NCBI GenBank assembly: GCA_964635715.1 | Contig: CAZWNZ010000002.1 | Span: 10,100 to 74,099 of the forward strand | Reading direction: 5' to 3' | From: an uncultured Gammaproteobacteria bacterium | Lineage (GTDB): Bacteria > Patescibacteriota > Microgenomatia > UBA8517 | DNA: 64,000 bases | Shown: positions 18,370 through 28,361 of the stretch, piece after piece | Position numbering within the stretch: the first letter of the stretch is position 1 | How the letters are laid out: each line of letters opens with the position of its first letter | The notes under the pieces: generated by a model | Told to the model about the DNA's origin: nothing | The model's database searches: none | Seen by the model: only the letters and a program-made list of their open reading frames with translations | Made by a program: the position numbers and the translations under genes

Positions 18370-20317
18370 TTGAAGCCCCGAATTTGGATTTGGCGGAAGA
18401 AATTATTTCCTTTCGGATTTTTTCTACCTCAAGGTCAGTTAGAGTTTTTTCTGGATCATGATATTTAATGTGAAATGTGTAATTTCCATTGAATTCTCCA
18501 GTAAAACTAACTCCACTTATTCTGTTATTTAATGAACATATATAGCTAGTAACATCAATGATATGTGTACGATCAGGAATGTGTAGCGTTATATCCTCAT
18601 CTTGTGCCGGGTATTTTGAAATCGGTTTAAATGAAACAACCTTGGGGGAAATCTCCATAAGCTTCGTTATCTCAAACTCGTAGTATATTAGCTTATCCCC
18701 TTCAAGATATCCGATTTTGCCGATATATTTTCCTTTGGAATAAATGAATGCACAGCGGCTTGCGCCAAAACCTTTTGATTCTTCAGATTTAAATGTATAT
18801 TCAATATTAAATCTTTCCAGGAATCCTTCAATAACACCTTTGGCATCTCGATATTCATAACCACTGAAAATTCCCGCCAGCATATTTCTCTCTTCCGGTA
18901 AATCATTTACTTTTGGTAAATAAATATTAGCTATTTCGAACAAATGAAATTTATCTATTATTCCTAGATTTTCTTTTGCCGCCTTTGTCAATGAAGGCAT
19001 AAGAGACGTTCTCATGTATTCGGTCTCCGGTCCTAACGGATTTTTTAGTTTTACACTTTTACTATCAACTTCGTTGCCCGGCACAAGCGCTAATGTGTAA
19101 ACTTCGGTTCCGCCAAAGCCGGATATGATATTTTTAATTTCTTTTTCAAAAGCAAATTTAGGATCTTCCGGACGCTCCGGAATAGAACCTTCCATAATAT
19201 GGCTTGGAAGATTGTGATAGCCGTAAATTCTGGCTATTTCTTCAACAATATCCTCCTCGTTCTTAACATCCTTCGCTCTCCATGAAGGAACAGATGTCGT
19301 AAGAGTATTTCCTGACCAGCTGCATTCAAACCCGAGAGATTTAAGGTATTCCCCGATCTCTTTTTTACCAATCTCGATCCCAATTCTTGTTGCAATATAT
19401 TCAAGCGTAGTTTTAATATTGACTGTTTTATACGACGCACTATGCATATCCAAAACCTCCTTTGACACGCTCCCCCTTGTAAGCTTTTTGAATAGATCTA
19501 TGGCAGACAATATTGCGGGTGCAACCAGTTCTTCATCTATTCCCTTTTCAAAAATTGAAGCAGCCTGAGTTCTTTGGGAAAGAGTCATGGAAGTCTTTCT
19601 GATATTTACCGGGTTATATGTTTGTACGAAAAGAAGAACATTTTTGGTATTTTCATCAACCGCGCTTGATGCTCCGCCCATAATTCCCGCCAAATCAATA
19701 AGTCTACCCTCCTCATCTTCAATTACAATATCCCCTCCGGGCAGTGTAAATTCTTTTCCGTCAAGAGTTGTAATTTTTTCACCCTTCCTGCTTTCCCTCA
19801 AAATCATTTTTGCACCTATTATTTTATCGTAGTCAAAAGTGTGAACAGGCTGCCCCAACTCCAGCATTATGTAGTTGCTGATATCGACAATATTATTGAT
19901 CGGGCGGATGTCTGCTGACAAAAGTTTCCTTTTGACTATTTCAGGAGATTCTCCGATTTTGGCGTTTTTAATTAGTGCAGTGGTAAACCTCGAGCAAAGC
20001 TTTTTATCAACAGTTGCATTTATATAGTTGGTTTGTTTGGAAAAAACATATTCTTTGTTTTGCGACCTTATCGGCTTTAATTTTGCGGGGATATTGAATC
20101 TTGGCAAGATAGCTGCGGCTTCCCTGGCAATCCCGTAAACTGAGGCAGTGTCAATTCTATTTGTTGTTACTTCAATATGGTAAATATAGTCGTCTCCCGC
20201 TTTTTCCACTCTTTCAAAAGACGGACCGCACAAAGAAACGTATTTTGCAATCTCGGAAGGTTTTGCCGAGGTAATCAAAAATTCTCTAAGCCAAGAATCT
20301 AATATTTTGATATCCAT
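18359..20317 (-). CDS. pheT: Phenylalanine--tRNA ligase beta subunit (short form)
   Basis: B3/B4 and B5 domains plus a catalytic-like domain. 652 aa, lacking the N-terminal EMAP/tRNA-binding domain of the canonical bacterial PheT. Confidence 0.8.
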   Translation of the reverse strand: MDIKILDSWLREFLITSAKPSEIAKYVSLCGPSFERVEKAGDDYIYHIEVTTNRIDTASVYGIAREAAAILPRFNIPAKLKPIRSQNKEYVFSKQTNYINATVDKKLCSRFTTALIKNAKIGESPEIVKRKLLSADIRPINNIVDISNYIMLELGQPVHTFDYDKIIGAKMILRESRKGEKITTLDGKEFTLPGGDIVIEDEEGRLIDLAGIMGGASSAVDENTKNVLLFVQTYNPVNIRKTSMTLSQRTQAASIFEKGIDEELVAPAILSAIDLFKKLTRGSVSKEVLDMHSASYKTVNIKTTLEYIATRIGIEIGKKEIGEYLKSLGFECSWSGNTLTTSVPSWRAKDVKNEEDIVEEIARIYGYHNLPSHIMEGSIPERPEDPKFAFEKEIKNIISGFGGTEVYTLALVPGNEVDSKSVKLKNPLGPETEYMRTSLMPSLTKAAKENLGIIDKFHLFEIANIYLPKVNDLPEERNMLAGIFSGYEYRDAKGVIEGFLERFNIEYTFKSEESKGFGASRCAFIYSKGKYIGKIGYLEGDKLIYYEFEITKLMEISPKVVSFKPISKYPAQDEDITLHIPDRTHIIDVTSYICSLNNRISGVSFTGEFNGNYTFHIKYHDPEKTLTDLEVEKIRKEIISSAKSKFGASIKE

Positions 20318-20370
20318 TTTAGTTTATTTTTGTTTCACTACATTACTATATAGTAATGTAGTATTTACGT

Positions 20371-21396
20371 TCAAAATTGTGATAAATATCGCAAATCCGT
20401 ACTGTAAAGCTGCCTCAAATCTGGGATATTAAGCCCGTCTTTCATCATTAAAACTCTTTCTACTCCCCACCCGAAAGCAAATCCTGAATAGACTTTGGGA
20501 TCAATTTTACCGGCTTTCAAAACATTTGGATGGACCATTCCGGCACCTCCCAGCTCAAGCCAACCTTCCTTACAAACTCTGCATCCGCGTCCGCCACACA
20601 CGCCGCAACTGATATCTATTTCAAAAGAAGGCTCAGTGAACTGAAAGTGATAAGGCCTTAGTCTTGTTACTCTATCTTTACCATAGAAAGACTTAGCAAA
20701 ATAATCCAAGGTTCCCTTTAGATTCACAATTGAAATATTTTTATCGACAACCAATCCTTCAAACTGATGAAACATCGGAGTATGAGATATGTCTGATTGT
20801 CTCCGATAGCATTTCCCTATATTAATCATGCGAACCGGAGGTTTGCCGACTTTTAGCATTTCCCTCACCTGGCCGTTGCTTGTATGTGGAGTTAAAACAG
20901 TTTTTCCATATTCGGTATTTTCCGGTGCATCAATAAAAAAAGTTTCCCACTCGTCCCTTGCAGGGTGACTTTTGGGCATATTTAGAGCTTCAAATGCAAA
21001 GTAATCCCATTCAACCTCCGGGTATCTTGACCTCTCAAAACCGATTCTTCCGAAAATTCGGGATATTTCATCGATGGTCTTGGTGATTAAGTGTGTATGT
21101 CCTATTTCCGGCTTCTTCCCGGGGATTGTTGGATCAAACCATTCGCGGGCATTTTCTTTAAAACTATTTCTTTGATTACCCAGTAGTGTTTCAATAGATT
21201 TTTTGGCTTCATTAATAGTTTGGCCTATTTGCTTTCTTTCTTCCGGTTTAAAATTCTTTATATTTTTAACAAGTGTTGTGAATTTACCGTTTCTCCCAAG
21301 ATAGTCAATTCTGATCTGTTCGAGCTCGCTTGCAGTCTCTGCAGACATAATTTGTGCAACTGCCTGGTTTTTAATATTTAAAATATCTTCTTGCAT
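20371..21396 (-). CDS. pheS: Phenylalanine--tRNA ligase alpha subunit
   Basis: Class II aaRS core with HPARD... motif 2 and a Cys-rich segment. Adjacent to pheT. Confidence 0.85.
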   Translation of the reverse strand: MQEDILNIKNQAVAQIMSAETASELEQIRIDYLGRNGKFTTLVKNIKNFKPEERKQIGQTINEAKKSIETLLGNQRNSFKENAREWFDPTIPGKKPEIGHTHLITKTIDEISRIFGRIGFERSRYPEVEWDYFAFEALNMPKSHPARDEWETFFIDAPENTEYGKTVLTPHTSNGQVREMLKVGKPPVRMINIGKCYRRQSDISHTPMFHQFEGLVVDKNISIVNLKGTLDYFAKSFYGKDRVTRLRPYHFQFTEPSFEIDISCGVCGGRGCRVCKEGWLELGGAGMVHPNVLKAGKIDPKVYSGFAFGWGVERVLMMKDGLNIPDLRQLYSTDLRYLSQF

Positions 21397-21490
21397 ACTA
21401 TTGTTTAGCTAATGGCTAATAGTTCACCCATTTTACACTAAAAAAGCCTCCCTTTTGTAGGAGGCCAATTTAAATCAAAGCTTTACCTCC

Positions 21491-21841
21491 TTATTCAGAT
21501 TTGGTAAAGCCTGCTTCTTTCACTATTTTTTTGAAAGTTTCAGGATCTTTTGAGGCAATATCGGATAAGATTTTTCTATCAATCTCAATTTTCTCCTTCT
21601 TAAGGCCTGCTATAAACTTGCTGTAGGAAATGTCAAGAGATTTAACCGCCGCGTTGATTCTGGAAATCCATAAGGTTCTTAAATTTCTCTTCTTGAGTTT
21701 TCTGCCATGATAAGCATAGGCTCCGGCATGAAGGACAGCTTCTTTAGCAGTTTGAATTCTGCGGCCCCTTGCTTGCTTGTACCCTTTGGCTCTGGCCAAA
21801 ATTTTTCTATGTCTTATAGCTGAAACTGATTTAACTCTCAT
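21491..21841 (-). CDS. rplT: 50S ribosomal protein L20
   Basis: MRVKSVSAIRHRKILARAKGYKQARGRRIQTAKEAV... is the canonical L20. Confidence 0.9.
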   Translation of the reverse strand: MRVKSVSAIRHRKILARAKGYKQARGRRIQTAKEAVLHAGAYAYHGRKLKKRNLRTLWISRINAAVKSLDISYSKFIAGLKKEKIEIDRKILSDIASKDPETFKKIVKEAGFTKSE

Positions 21842-21844
21842 TGT

Positions 21845-21900
21845 GTTAGTAACTAGTAGTTAGTAGTTAGTAGTTAGGTTTTTTCCTAACTACTAGATTC
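21845..21900 (-). repeat. TAG-rich stop-codon repeat hairpin in the rpmI-rplT intergenic region
   Basis: gtaactagtagttagtagttagtagttagg-tttttt-cctaactactag forms an ~11-bp stem. It belongs to a motif family also present at 31790-31818 and 32367-32425. Confidence 0.5.
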
Positions 21901-21906
21901 TAATTT

Positions 21907-22131
21907 CTAACTTCTAGTTTGTGCTCCTTTCCTGGTTTTCTTTCCAACAGCCTTTTTTACCTTTTTGGCGTAAAAACCCTTTAATTCGATAGTCTTTTTA
22001 AGGTTTCTAAGCTGCTTGCTGCTTTTACTGCTTTTCAAATGTCTCCTAAAACCTTGACGACGCATAACCTTACCGGTTTTGGTAATCTTAAATCTGTTTG
22101 TTATTGATTTTCTGACTTTACGTTTATTCAT
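21907..22131 (-). CDS. rpmI: 50S ribosomal protein L35
   Basis: MNKRKVRKSITNRFKITKTGKVMRRQ... is the canonical L35. Confidence 0.85.
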   Translation of the reverse strand: MNKRKVRKSITNRFKITKTGKVMRRQGFRRHLKSSKSSKQLRNLKKTIELKGFYAKKVKKAVGKKTRKGAQTRS

Positions 22132-22163
22132 TACTTTTTTCTCCTTCGATTCACTTTGCTCGC

Positions 22164-22739
22164 TTAGGACTTCACTTCGTTCAACTTCTCTTTCTTTACT
22201 TCCTGTCTTTTGGCATTTACCTTATTTGTTGGCGAAATCACTGTAACCAAATGTTTGCCAAGAAACTTTGGTTCCATATCGGTGATAATTGTATCACCAA
22301 ATACTCCCTTAATTTTATTAATTACGTCGTACCCTGTGTGTTTGACCCTCATTTGAGGTCCCTTAAAAACAACAACAACTCTTACTTTATTTTTGTCTTC
22401 AAAAAATTCCCTGATCCTCTCGACCCTTGTATTAAAATCGTTCTCGGCTATAAAAGGACTAAAACGAATCTCCTTAACTTCCCCACCCTTTACTTTTTTA
22501 GCTTGTGTACGTGCTTTTTTCTCTTCTGCGTATCTAAATTTTCCAAAATCTACAATTTTTGCAACAGGTGGTGTGGCTCCTGGTGCAATTTCGACAAGTG
22601 TTAATCCTGCCTCTTTTGCTTTCGCAATTGCCTCATCCCGCTTCAATTCCCCAATCATTTTTCCTTCCGAATCGACAACCCTAAGAGAGGGAGCTCTGAT
22701 CTGAAAGTCTGTCCGCCAAAAAAGATTTTGTTTTCCCAA
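22164..22739 (-). CDS. infC: Translation initiation factor IF-3 (apparent TTG start)
   Basis: IF3 N- and C-domains (RAPSLRVVDSEGKMIGEL...; KEIRF...VKHTG). The first in-frame start after an upstream stop is TTG at 22739. IF3 genes characteristically use non-AUG starts. Confidence 0.85.
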   Translation of the reverse strand: MGKQNLFWRTDFQIRAPSLRVVDSEGKMIGELKRDEAIAKAKEAGLTLVEIAPGATPPVAKIVDFGKFRYAEEKKARTQAKKVKGGEVKEIRFSPFIAENDFNTRVERIREFFEDKNKVRVVVVFKGPQMRVKHTGYDVINKIKGVFGDTIITDMEPKFLGKHLVTVISPTNKVNAKRQEVKKEKLNEVKS

Positions 22740-22757
22740 TGTTTAACTTGTATGTGA

Positions 22758-22786
22758 ATTGTACCTAAAAAAGTAAATTTATTCAA
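22758..22786 (-). promoter_or_regulatory. Sigma70-type promoter for infC
   Basis: Minus strand TTGAAT, a 17-nt spacer, then TACAAT, about 18 nt upstream of the TTG start. Confidence 0.45.
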
Positions 22787-23032
22787 GAAGGTCGTTGATG
22801 CAATAAAAAACTAGGAAATTTGGCTATATCTTCCTGGTTTTAAAGGTTATATTTCAGGTCTGGGAATGATTTTACTGGTAATAACGAAAGCAGGGGAAAC
22901 GCATGCAACATTTTCTATCTGCGATGCAATTATTCTCGCGTTTTTGTTGTTTTTCAACGAAACAACGATGTTTGCAGTGTATTCTACACCAGTGGAAAGG
23001 TCTGAAACCATTATTTCTGAAATCTCAGATTT

Positions 23033-23116
23033 TCAGGGAACAGCCCATATAAGCTCTGCTACCCATTCCGGGTTGAACGAATATTTAACCCGGACGTAAA
23101 CAAATGTTTTTATCAT
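23033..23116 (-). CDS. Possible 27-aa micro-ORF with a strong Shine-Dalgarno site, in the thrS-infC gap
   Basis: Minus strand AAGGAGGcaaaATG encodes MIKTFVYVRVKYSFNPEWVAELIWAVP*. It is one of very few perfect SD sites in the window. Its function, if any, is unknown. Confidence 0.2.
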   Translation of the reverse strand: MIKTFVYVRVKYSFNPEWVAELIWAVP

Positions 23117-23245
23117 TTTGCCTCCTTGAGCAAATTGAGTTTGTTTTTAAACAGCAAGCTGACAATTTTTATTCCATTAACAAAAAACGCTTTGTTTTTT
23201 GACTGAGGCGATTTTATCCGAAAGTATGAGGGAAAGCAAGAAAAG

Positions 23246-24997
23246 TTAACTAATTATTTTTTCCTCAATCTCTTTTTTCAAAGCTTTAATGAAGTCATCT
23301 AAATCTTTACTTCCCAAGTCTTCCCCGTTTCTTTTTCTTACGGCAACTTTATTGGCTTCTGCCTCACGGTCGCCAACTACAAACATGTAAGCAACTTTTT
23401 CGTTTTGGGCGTTTCTGATTTTATTCCCAAGGGTCTCGTTTTTGTCATCAAGTTCGGCTCTAACTCCAGCCTTTTTTAGTTCAGCTAATACCTTTTTGGC
23501 GTAATCCAAATGGCGTTCAGCAATTGGCAATACTTTTACCTGAACCGGTGTTAGCCATGTTGGGAAATTGCCCCCAAAGTGTTCAATAAGAATCATTAAG
23601 AATCTTTCAGGAGATCCAACTATGGCTCTATGGATCATCACCGGCCTTTTCTCTTTTCCGTCAGAATCAATATAAGTCAGTTTAAATCTTTCAGGTAGGA
23701 AATAATCAATTTGAACAGTTGAAAGCTGCCACTCTCGTCCCAATGAATCCTTGGCAATTAAGTCCATCTTTGGTGCATAGAAAGCTGCTTCTCCAGGACC
23801 TTCAAAATATTCAATATTATTCCTCTTCATTATCTCCTCTGCCCACTTCTCTGTCTTGTCCCAGACTTTCGGGTCGCCTATATATTTATCCGGATTTTTA
23901 GGATCTCTTGTAGAAAGTCTGTATTTATAAGTAAGACCAAAGGTTTTCATTATTTCCTTGGTCATAGTGAGGGCGCGGTCCACTTCTTCATCCACCTGGT
24001 CTTCGCGGCAGAAAACATGGCAATCATCTTGAGAAAAGGCACGTACTCGGGCAAGTCCTGAAAGTTCGCCCGGTTTTTCATCTCGATAAAGCATCGCAAA
24101 ATCAGTTAAGCGAATTGGCAAATCCCGATAGCTTCTTGCCTGCGAGGCATAAATTTGGGTATGCTGAGGGCAATTCATGGGTTTTAGGTAAAATTCCTCA
24201 TCGGAATAACTGGACATCACTTTAAACATTGAATCTTTGTAATGGTCATAATGTCCGGAAGTTTTGAAAAGATCCGCTTTTGCAATCTGGGGAGTCCAAA
24301 CCTGGGTATAGTCTTCTTTTGATTGAACGGACTCAACGTAGTCATTCACAAGCCTTCTTAAAAGTGCTCCTTTTGGCGTATAAAGAGGAAGTCCTGCTCC
24401 TACAAGTTCGGAAAAGGTAAATAGATCTAATTCTTTCCCGAGTTTTCTATGATCGCGCTTTTTAGCTTCTTCCTTCATTGCAAGAAAATCGTTAAGTTCT
24501 TTATCTGTCGGAAAAATTGTGCCGTAAATTCTGGTTAACATCTTATTCTTCTCGTCTCCCCGCCAATAAGCACCTGCCACTGAAAGAAGTTTAAAATGTT
24601 TAAGTTCGGCAGAAGGATTTTCAATGTGTCCCCCGCGGCAAAGATCGCGGAAGTTTCCGGATTGGTAAACAGTCAGTTCATCGCTATCTTTTGAATGCTC
24701 GTTGATAAGTTCTTCTTTGTATTCATTTCCTTTAAACTCTTTCAAGGCTTCTTCTTTTGTCAAAACATTTTTCTCAAATGATTTCCATGATTTAACAATC
24801 TCGTGCATTTTTTCCTCAATCTTTGGAAACTCAGCTTCGGAAATTTTTGTCTCACCAAGGTCGATATCATAATAAAATCCGCTTTCGATTGCCGGACCAA
24901 GAGTTAATTTGGCTTTTGGCCACAAGTCCATTACGGCTGCGGCCATAAGGTGTGAACACGAATGCCTAAGAAATTCAAGATTCTTCAAATCTTTCAT
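23246..24997 (-). CDS. thrS: Threonine--tRNA ligase (lacks the N-terminal TGS domain)
   Basis: Starts in the second additional domain (HSCSHLMAAAV zinc/editing motif), then a class II core and anticodon-binding domain. 583 aa. Confidence 0.85.
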   Translation of the reverse strand: MKDLKNLEFLRHSCSHLMAAAVMDLWPKAKLTLGPAIESGFYYDIDLGETKISEAEFPKIEEKMHEIVKSWKSFEKNVLTKEEALKEFKGNEYKEELINEHSKDSDELTVYQSGNFRDLCRGGHIENPSAELKHFKLLSVAGAYWRGDEKNKMLTRIYGTIFPTDKELNDFLAMKEEAKKRDHRKLGKELDLFTFSELVGAGLPLYTPKGALLRRLVNDYVESVQSKEDYTQVWTPQIAKADLFKTSGHYDHYKDSMFKVMSSYSDEEFYLKPMNCPQHTQIYASQARSYRDLPIRLTDFAMLYRDEKPGELSGLARVRAFSQDDCHVFCREDQVDEEVDRALTMTKEIMKTFGLTYKYRLSTRDPKNPDKYIGDPKVWDKTEKWAEEIMKRNNIEYFEGPGEAAFYAPKMDLIAKDSLGREWQLSTVQIDYFLPERFKLTYIDSDGKEKRPVMIHRAIVGSPERFLMILIEHFGGNFPTWLTPVQVKVLPIAERHLDYAKKVLAELKKAGVRAELDDKNETLGNKIRNAQNEKVAYMFVVGDREAEANKVAVRKRNGEDLGSKDLDDFIKALKKEIEEKIIS

Positions 24998-25197
24998 AAA
25001 ATTACAAATTCTAAATGCTAAAATCTAAATTTAGTTTACATGAAGACGGGTCAAATTAGAAGATCCGTGGTTCCACTTCAATTTCCCTCGATTTCTCTCA
25101 GGACTCTTTGAGACTTCTTTCTACTCCGTAGTTGGTGAGTCTATTTCAACGTAGAAATGGTTTAACACTCATAATTTAAACTTTTACTAAATCAAAG

Positions 25198-27009
25198 TCA
25201 ATGTTTGGCTAGTTTAGCGGCTTTTCTTGCTTCAACTTCGTCCAGAATTACTTTTCTGATACGAACTGATTTTGGAGTTATCTCGACTAGCTCCGTATCA
25301 TCAATGTACTCCAATGCTTCCTCAAGTCCCATTCTGTGAGGAGCATTAAAATGCTCCATACAACCGTCTCCCTTACTTCTCATGTTACTTAGTTTCTTTT
25401 CCTTACAGGCATTGACTCTCAAGTCTCCTGCCCTACAACCTTGTCCAATAACTTGGCCTTTGTATATTTTTTCTGCGGGTCCAACAAAAAATTCTCCCTG
25501 ATCCTGAACCTGTGTCATCCCATAAAGTCTCGTTTCACCTGTTTCGTAGGCAACTAAACTTCCACGATCACGCTCGCGGGTAAACCCATCATCTGGTAAA
25601 AATTCATAGAAAGCTGCGTTCATTATTCCCAAGCCTTTGGTGTCGGTTATAAATTCACTTCTAAAACCAATAAGTTCTTTTGTGGCGACAGTAAACTCGA
25701 CATATGTAATCCCTTCTGTTGTTTCCAGATTGTCCATTTTGGCATGTCTTTGACCCATTTTTTGAATAACAATTCCGGAATATTCTTCGGGAACTTCAAC
25801 ATATACTTTTTCAAAAGGCGTCATTGTTTTTCCGTCTTCAATGTGAGTAATAACATGGGGGCGACTAACTGCAAATTCATAGCCCTCGCGCCTAATGCGC
25901 TCGATAAGTATGGCCAAATGAAGTTCTCCTCTGCCGGAAACAGTCCAAGTTCCGTCCGAATTATCCTCAACTTTTAAAGCAACATCGGTATCAAGCTCTT
26001 TATAAAGACGGGCTCTAATCTGACTACTGGTTTTGAATTCTCCCTCTTTTCCTCCAAAAGGAGAAGAGTTAACCATAAAAATCATTTTAACTGTGGGCTG
26101 CTCAATCTCGAGAAGAGGTAAAGCAATTGGCGTAATAGGATCGGCTATCGTTTCCCCAATATTGATATCGAGTATTCCGGTAACAGCCACAAGATCTCCC
26201 GCCATGGCCTCTGATTCTTCAATTTTCCCCAAACCCTTAAAAGTTGAAAGCGAAGTAATTTTGCACTTTTTAATTTGCCCATCGCGGTTTATATGAGCGA
26301 TATCTTGACCGTTTACTATTTTTCCGGAATGGATTTTGCCGATAGAAATTCTACCTTTATAGTTGTCGTAGCCAATGTTGCTGACAAGCATTTGCAATGG
26401 CTTTTGGTCATTAATTATTGGTTTAGGAATATATTCTAAAATGGCATCAAAAATTGGGCAAATGTCGGTCATTTTTTCTAATTCAGGTTCAAGCCCTGCT
26501 TTGCCGTCGCGTCCTGAGGCGTAAACTGTCGGGAAAAGGGCGGTTTCTTCGTTTGCACCAAGTTCACAGAAAAGATCAAAAGTTTTGCCTTGCACCCATT
26601 CAGGTCTGGCCCCTTTTTTATCAATCTTATTTACAATGACAATAATCTTAAGTCCCAATTTAAGAGCTTCTCTTAATACAAATCGAGTTTGAGGCATTGG
26701 GCCTTCCTTTGCATCAACTAATAAAAGAGCTCCATCAGCCATAGAAAGAACACGTTCTACTTCCCCGCCAAAATCAGCATGGCCTGGAGTATCAATAATA
26801 TTTATCTTTACGCCTTTCCATTCAACTGAAGCATTTTTGGAAAAAATAGTAATTCCACGCTCACGCTCCAGTTCGTTACTGTCAAGAATAGTATCTTGCT
26901 CGGCAACTTCCTTTTTCATTTCGGTGTGGCTTTGACGCAAAAGAGCGTCGACCAGAGTTGTTTTACCGTGGTCAACGTGAGCAATAATAGCAACATTTCG
27001 TATTTCCAT
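25198..27009 (-). CDS. typA: Translational GTPase TypA/BipA
   Basis: [18 protein letters not shown]1 motif, EF-G-like domains, and a BipA C-terminal domain. Confidence 0.9.
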   Translation of the reverse strand: MEIRNVAIIAHVDHGKTTLVDALLRQSHTEMKKEVAEQDTILDSNELERERGITIFSKNASVEWKGVKINIIDTPGHADFGGEVERVLSMADGALLLVDAKEGPMPQTRFVLREALKLGLKIIVIVNKIDKKGARPEWVQGKTFDLFCELGANEETALFPTVYASGRDGKAGLEPELEKMTDICPIFDAILEYIPKPIINDQKPLQMLVSNIGYDNYKGRISIGKIHSGKIVNGQDIAHINRDGQIKKCKITSLSTFKGLGKIEESEAMAGDLVAVTGILDINIGETIADPITPIALPLLEIEQPTVKMIFMVNSSPFGGKEGEFKTSSQIRARLYKELDTDVALKVEDNSDGTWTVSGRGELHLAILIERIRREGYEFAVSRPHVITHIEDGKTMTPFEKVYVEVPEEYSGIVIQKMGQRHAKMDNLETTEGITYVEFTVATKELIGFRSEFITDTKGLGIMNAAFYEFLPDDGFTRERDRGSLVAYETGETRLYGMTQVQDQGEFFVGPAEKIYKGQVIGQGCRAGDLRVNACKEKKLSNMRSKGDGCMEHFNAPHRMGLEEALEYIDDTELVEITPKSVRIRKVILDEVEARKAAKLAKH

Positions 27010-27145
27010 AATCTAATAATTTATTCCTTAGGGAAACAAGCTTGGCTTATTTCCATATATTTAATAAGAAATCCCACTTCGCTGAAGCTTTACGGGATTA
27101 AACCTATAGCATTATTATACTCCCAATATTCAACAAATGCGAGAG

Positions 27146-27216
27146 TGGACTCGGCGGGAATTGGACCCGCTACTCTTCCATGCCATGGAAGCGTGTTACC
27201 GGTATACCACGAGCCC
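27146..27216 (-). tRNA. tRNA-Ala (anticodon GGC)
   Basis: Hand-folded cloverleaf GGGCTCG-TG-GTAT...CTTCC-ATGGCAT-GGAAG...GCGGG-TCCAATT-CCCGC-CGAGTCC-A. G3:U70 Ala identity pair is present. No encoded CCA. The T-loop is unusual (TCC instead of TTC). Confidence 0.6.
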
Positions 27217-27276
27217 TCATGGGCGTGATAATTATATCATCTTTAATCCTAATTCGGAATTCGATATACTGACCTC

Positions 27277-28062
27277 ATGAATCTTTTACATGTTTTTATT
27301 CTTTCTGTGGTTGAGGGTCTGACTGAATTTCTTCCTATCTCTTCAACCGGACATCTAATATTGGTATCTAAAATCTTGAATCTGGAATCTAGTGACTTTT
27401 TAAAAACTTTTGAGATTGTAATTCAACTTGGAGCGATTATGGCTGTAGTTGTTCTTTACACAAAAAAACTATTGAGTATCAAGTTTATTAAAAAACTTTT
27501 TGTGGCCTTTATCCCCACGGCAATTGTAGGCTTTACACTATATCCCATTATCAAAAATGTTTTGCTTGGAAGTTCCAGTATTACTCTGAATGCTTTGTTT
27601 TGGGGAGGTGTGGTTTTAATATTAATCGAATTAATACTAAAGAACTCAAAACTCAAAAATCAAAACTCAAAATTTACTGCAAGCATAGGTACAATAAGCT
27701 ATAAACAGGCATTTTTAATTGGATGCTTCCAGTGCCTTTCAGTAATTCCGGGAATGTCGAGGGCTGCATCAACAATTATTGGCGGTTTGGCGGTGAAACT
27801 CGACAGGTCTACCGCCACTGAGTTTTCATTTCTTTTGGCAGTTCCGACAATGGTGGCTGCAACCGGCTATGATTTGTTCAAATCGCGCGATCTTATTTCT
27901 CAAGGAGGATTTCTTACTCTAACCGTCGGAACTGTTCTTTCGTTTATCTTTGCAATGATTGCGATTAAATTTCTTATCGGCTACGTTAAAAAGCACGATT
28001 TTACCTGGTTCGGGGTGTATAGGATAATACTTGCCATCTTGTTTTGGATTTTTGTTGTATAA
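27277..28062 (+). CDS. uppP: Undecaprenyl-diphosphate phosphatase
   Basis: VVEGLTEFLPISSTGHLIL motif and an 8-TM BacA family fold. Contains a low-complexity insertion KNSKLKNQNSKF. Confidence 0.85.
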   Translation: MNLLHVFILSVVEGLTEFLPISSTGHLILVSKILNLESSDFLKTFEIVIQLGAIMAVVVLYTKKLLSIKFIKKLFVAFIPTAIVGFTLYPIIKNVLLGSSSITLNALFWGGVVLILIELILKNSKLKNQNSKFTASIGTISYKQAFLIGCFQCLSVIPGMSRAASTIIGGLAVKLDRSTATEFSFLLAVPTMVAATGYDLFKSRDLISQGGFLTLTVGTVLSFIFAMIAIKFLIGYVKKHDFTWFGVYRIILAILFWIFVV

Positions 28063-28096
28063 AAACAACCCCCGCTTTTTGGCGGGAGTTGTTTTG
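28063..28096 (+). terminator. Intrinsic terminator after uppP
   Basis: aacaacccccgc-tttttg-gcgggagttgtt hairpin followed by tt. Confidence 0.5.
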
Positions 28097-28208
28097 CCTA
28101 CATATTTTGCTCTCCTTTCTAATAATAATTACTATAAAGGTTAAATCTTAGAAGTTGCTTAATTTGGTATAATAAAGTGTGAATATTAAATACAAGAAAA
28201 AAATTGTC

Positions 28209-28349
28209 ATGCTTGCTTTGATAGTTGCCTGTATCGGCATTGCTTTGTTTTTACTTAGGCGCAATGAAGATGTGTGGATCTGTCAGGATGAAGTCTGGAT
28301 AAAGCACGGAAACCCCACGGCAACGATGCCTCCCACTCCCTGCAAATAG
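28209..28349 (+). CDS. Possible 46-aa membrane-anchored micro-protein
   Basis: MLALIVACIGIALFLLRRNEDVWICQDEVWIKHGNPTATMPPTPCK, preceded by an extended -10 element (TGgTATAAT) near 28155-28163. Confidence 0.2.
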   Translation: MLALIVACIGIALFLLRRNEDVWICQDEVWIKHGNPTATMPPTPCK

Positions 28350-28361
28350 TATAATTACCAC

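Noticed and set aside
22800-23245. RNase P RNA, SRP (4.5S) RNA or tmRNA in the thrS-infC gap
   Set aside because: Conserved boxes are absent from both strands in the required order: GGAAAGUCCGG...ACAGAACCCGGCUUA for RNase P, the GGAAGGAAGCAGCCA domain IV motif for SRP, and a tRNA-like GGTTCGA...CCA end for tmRNA. Only loosely similar words were seen.
27620-27680. Tandem aaactcaaaa repeats inside uppP
   Set aside because: In-frame low-complexity codon repeat (KNSKLKNQNSKF) within a loop of UppP. Likely a benign slippage expansion, not a separate element.
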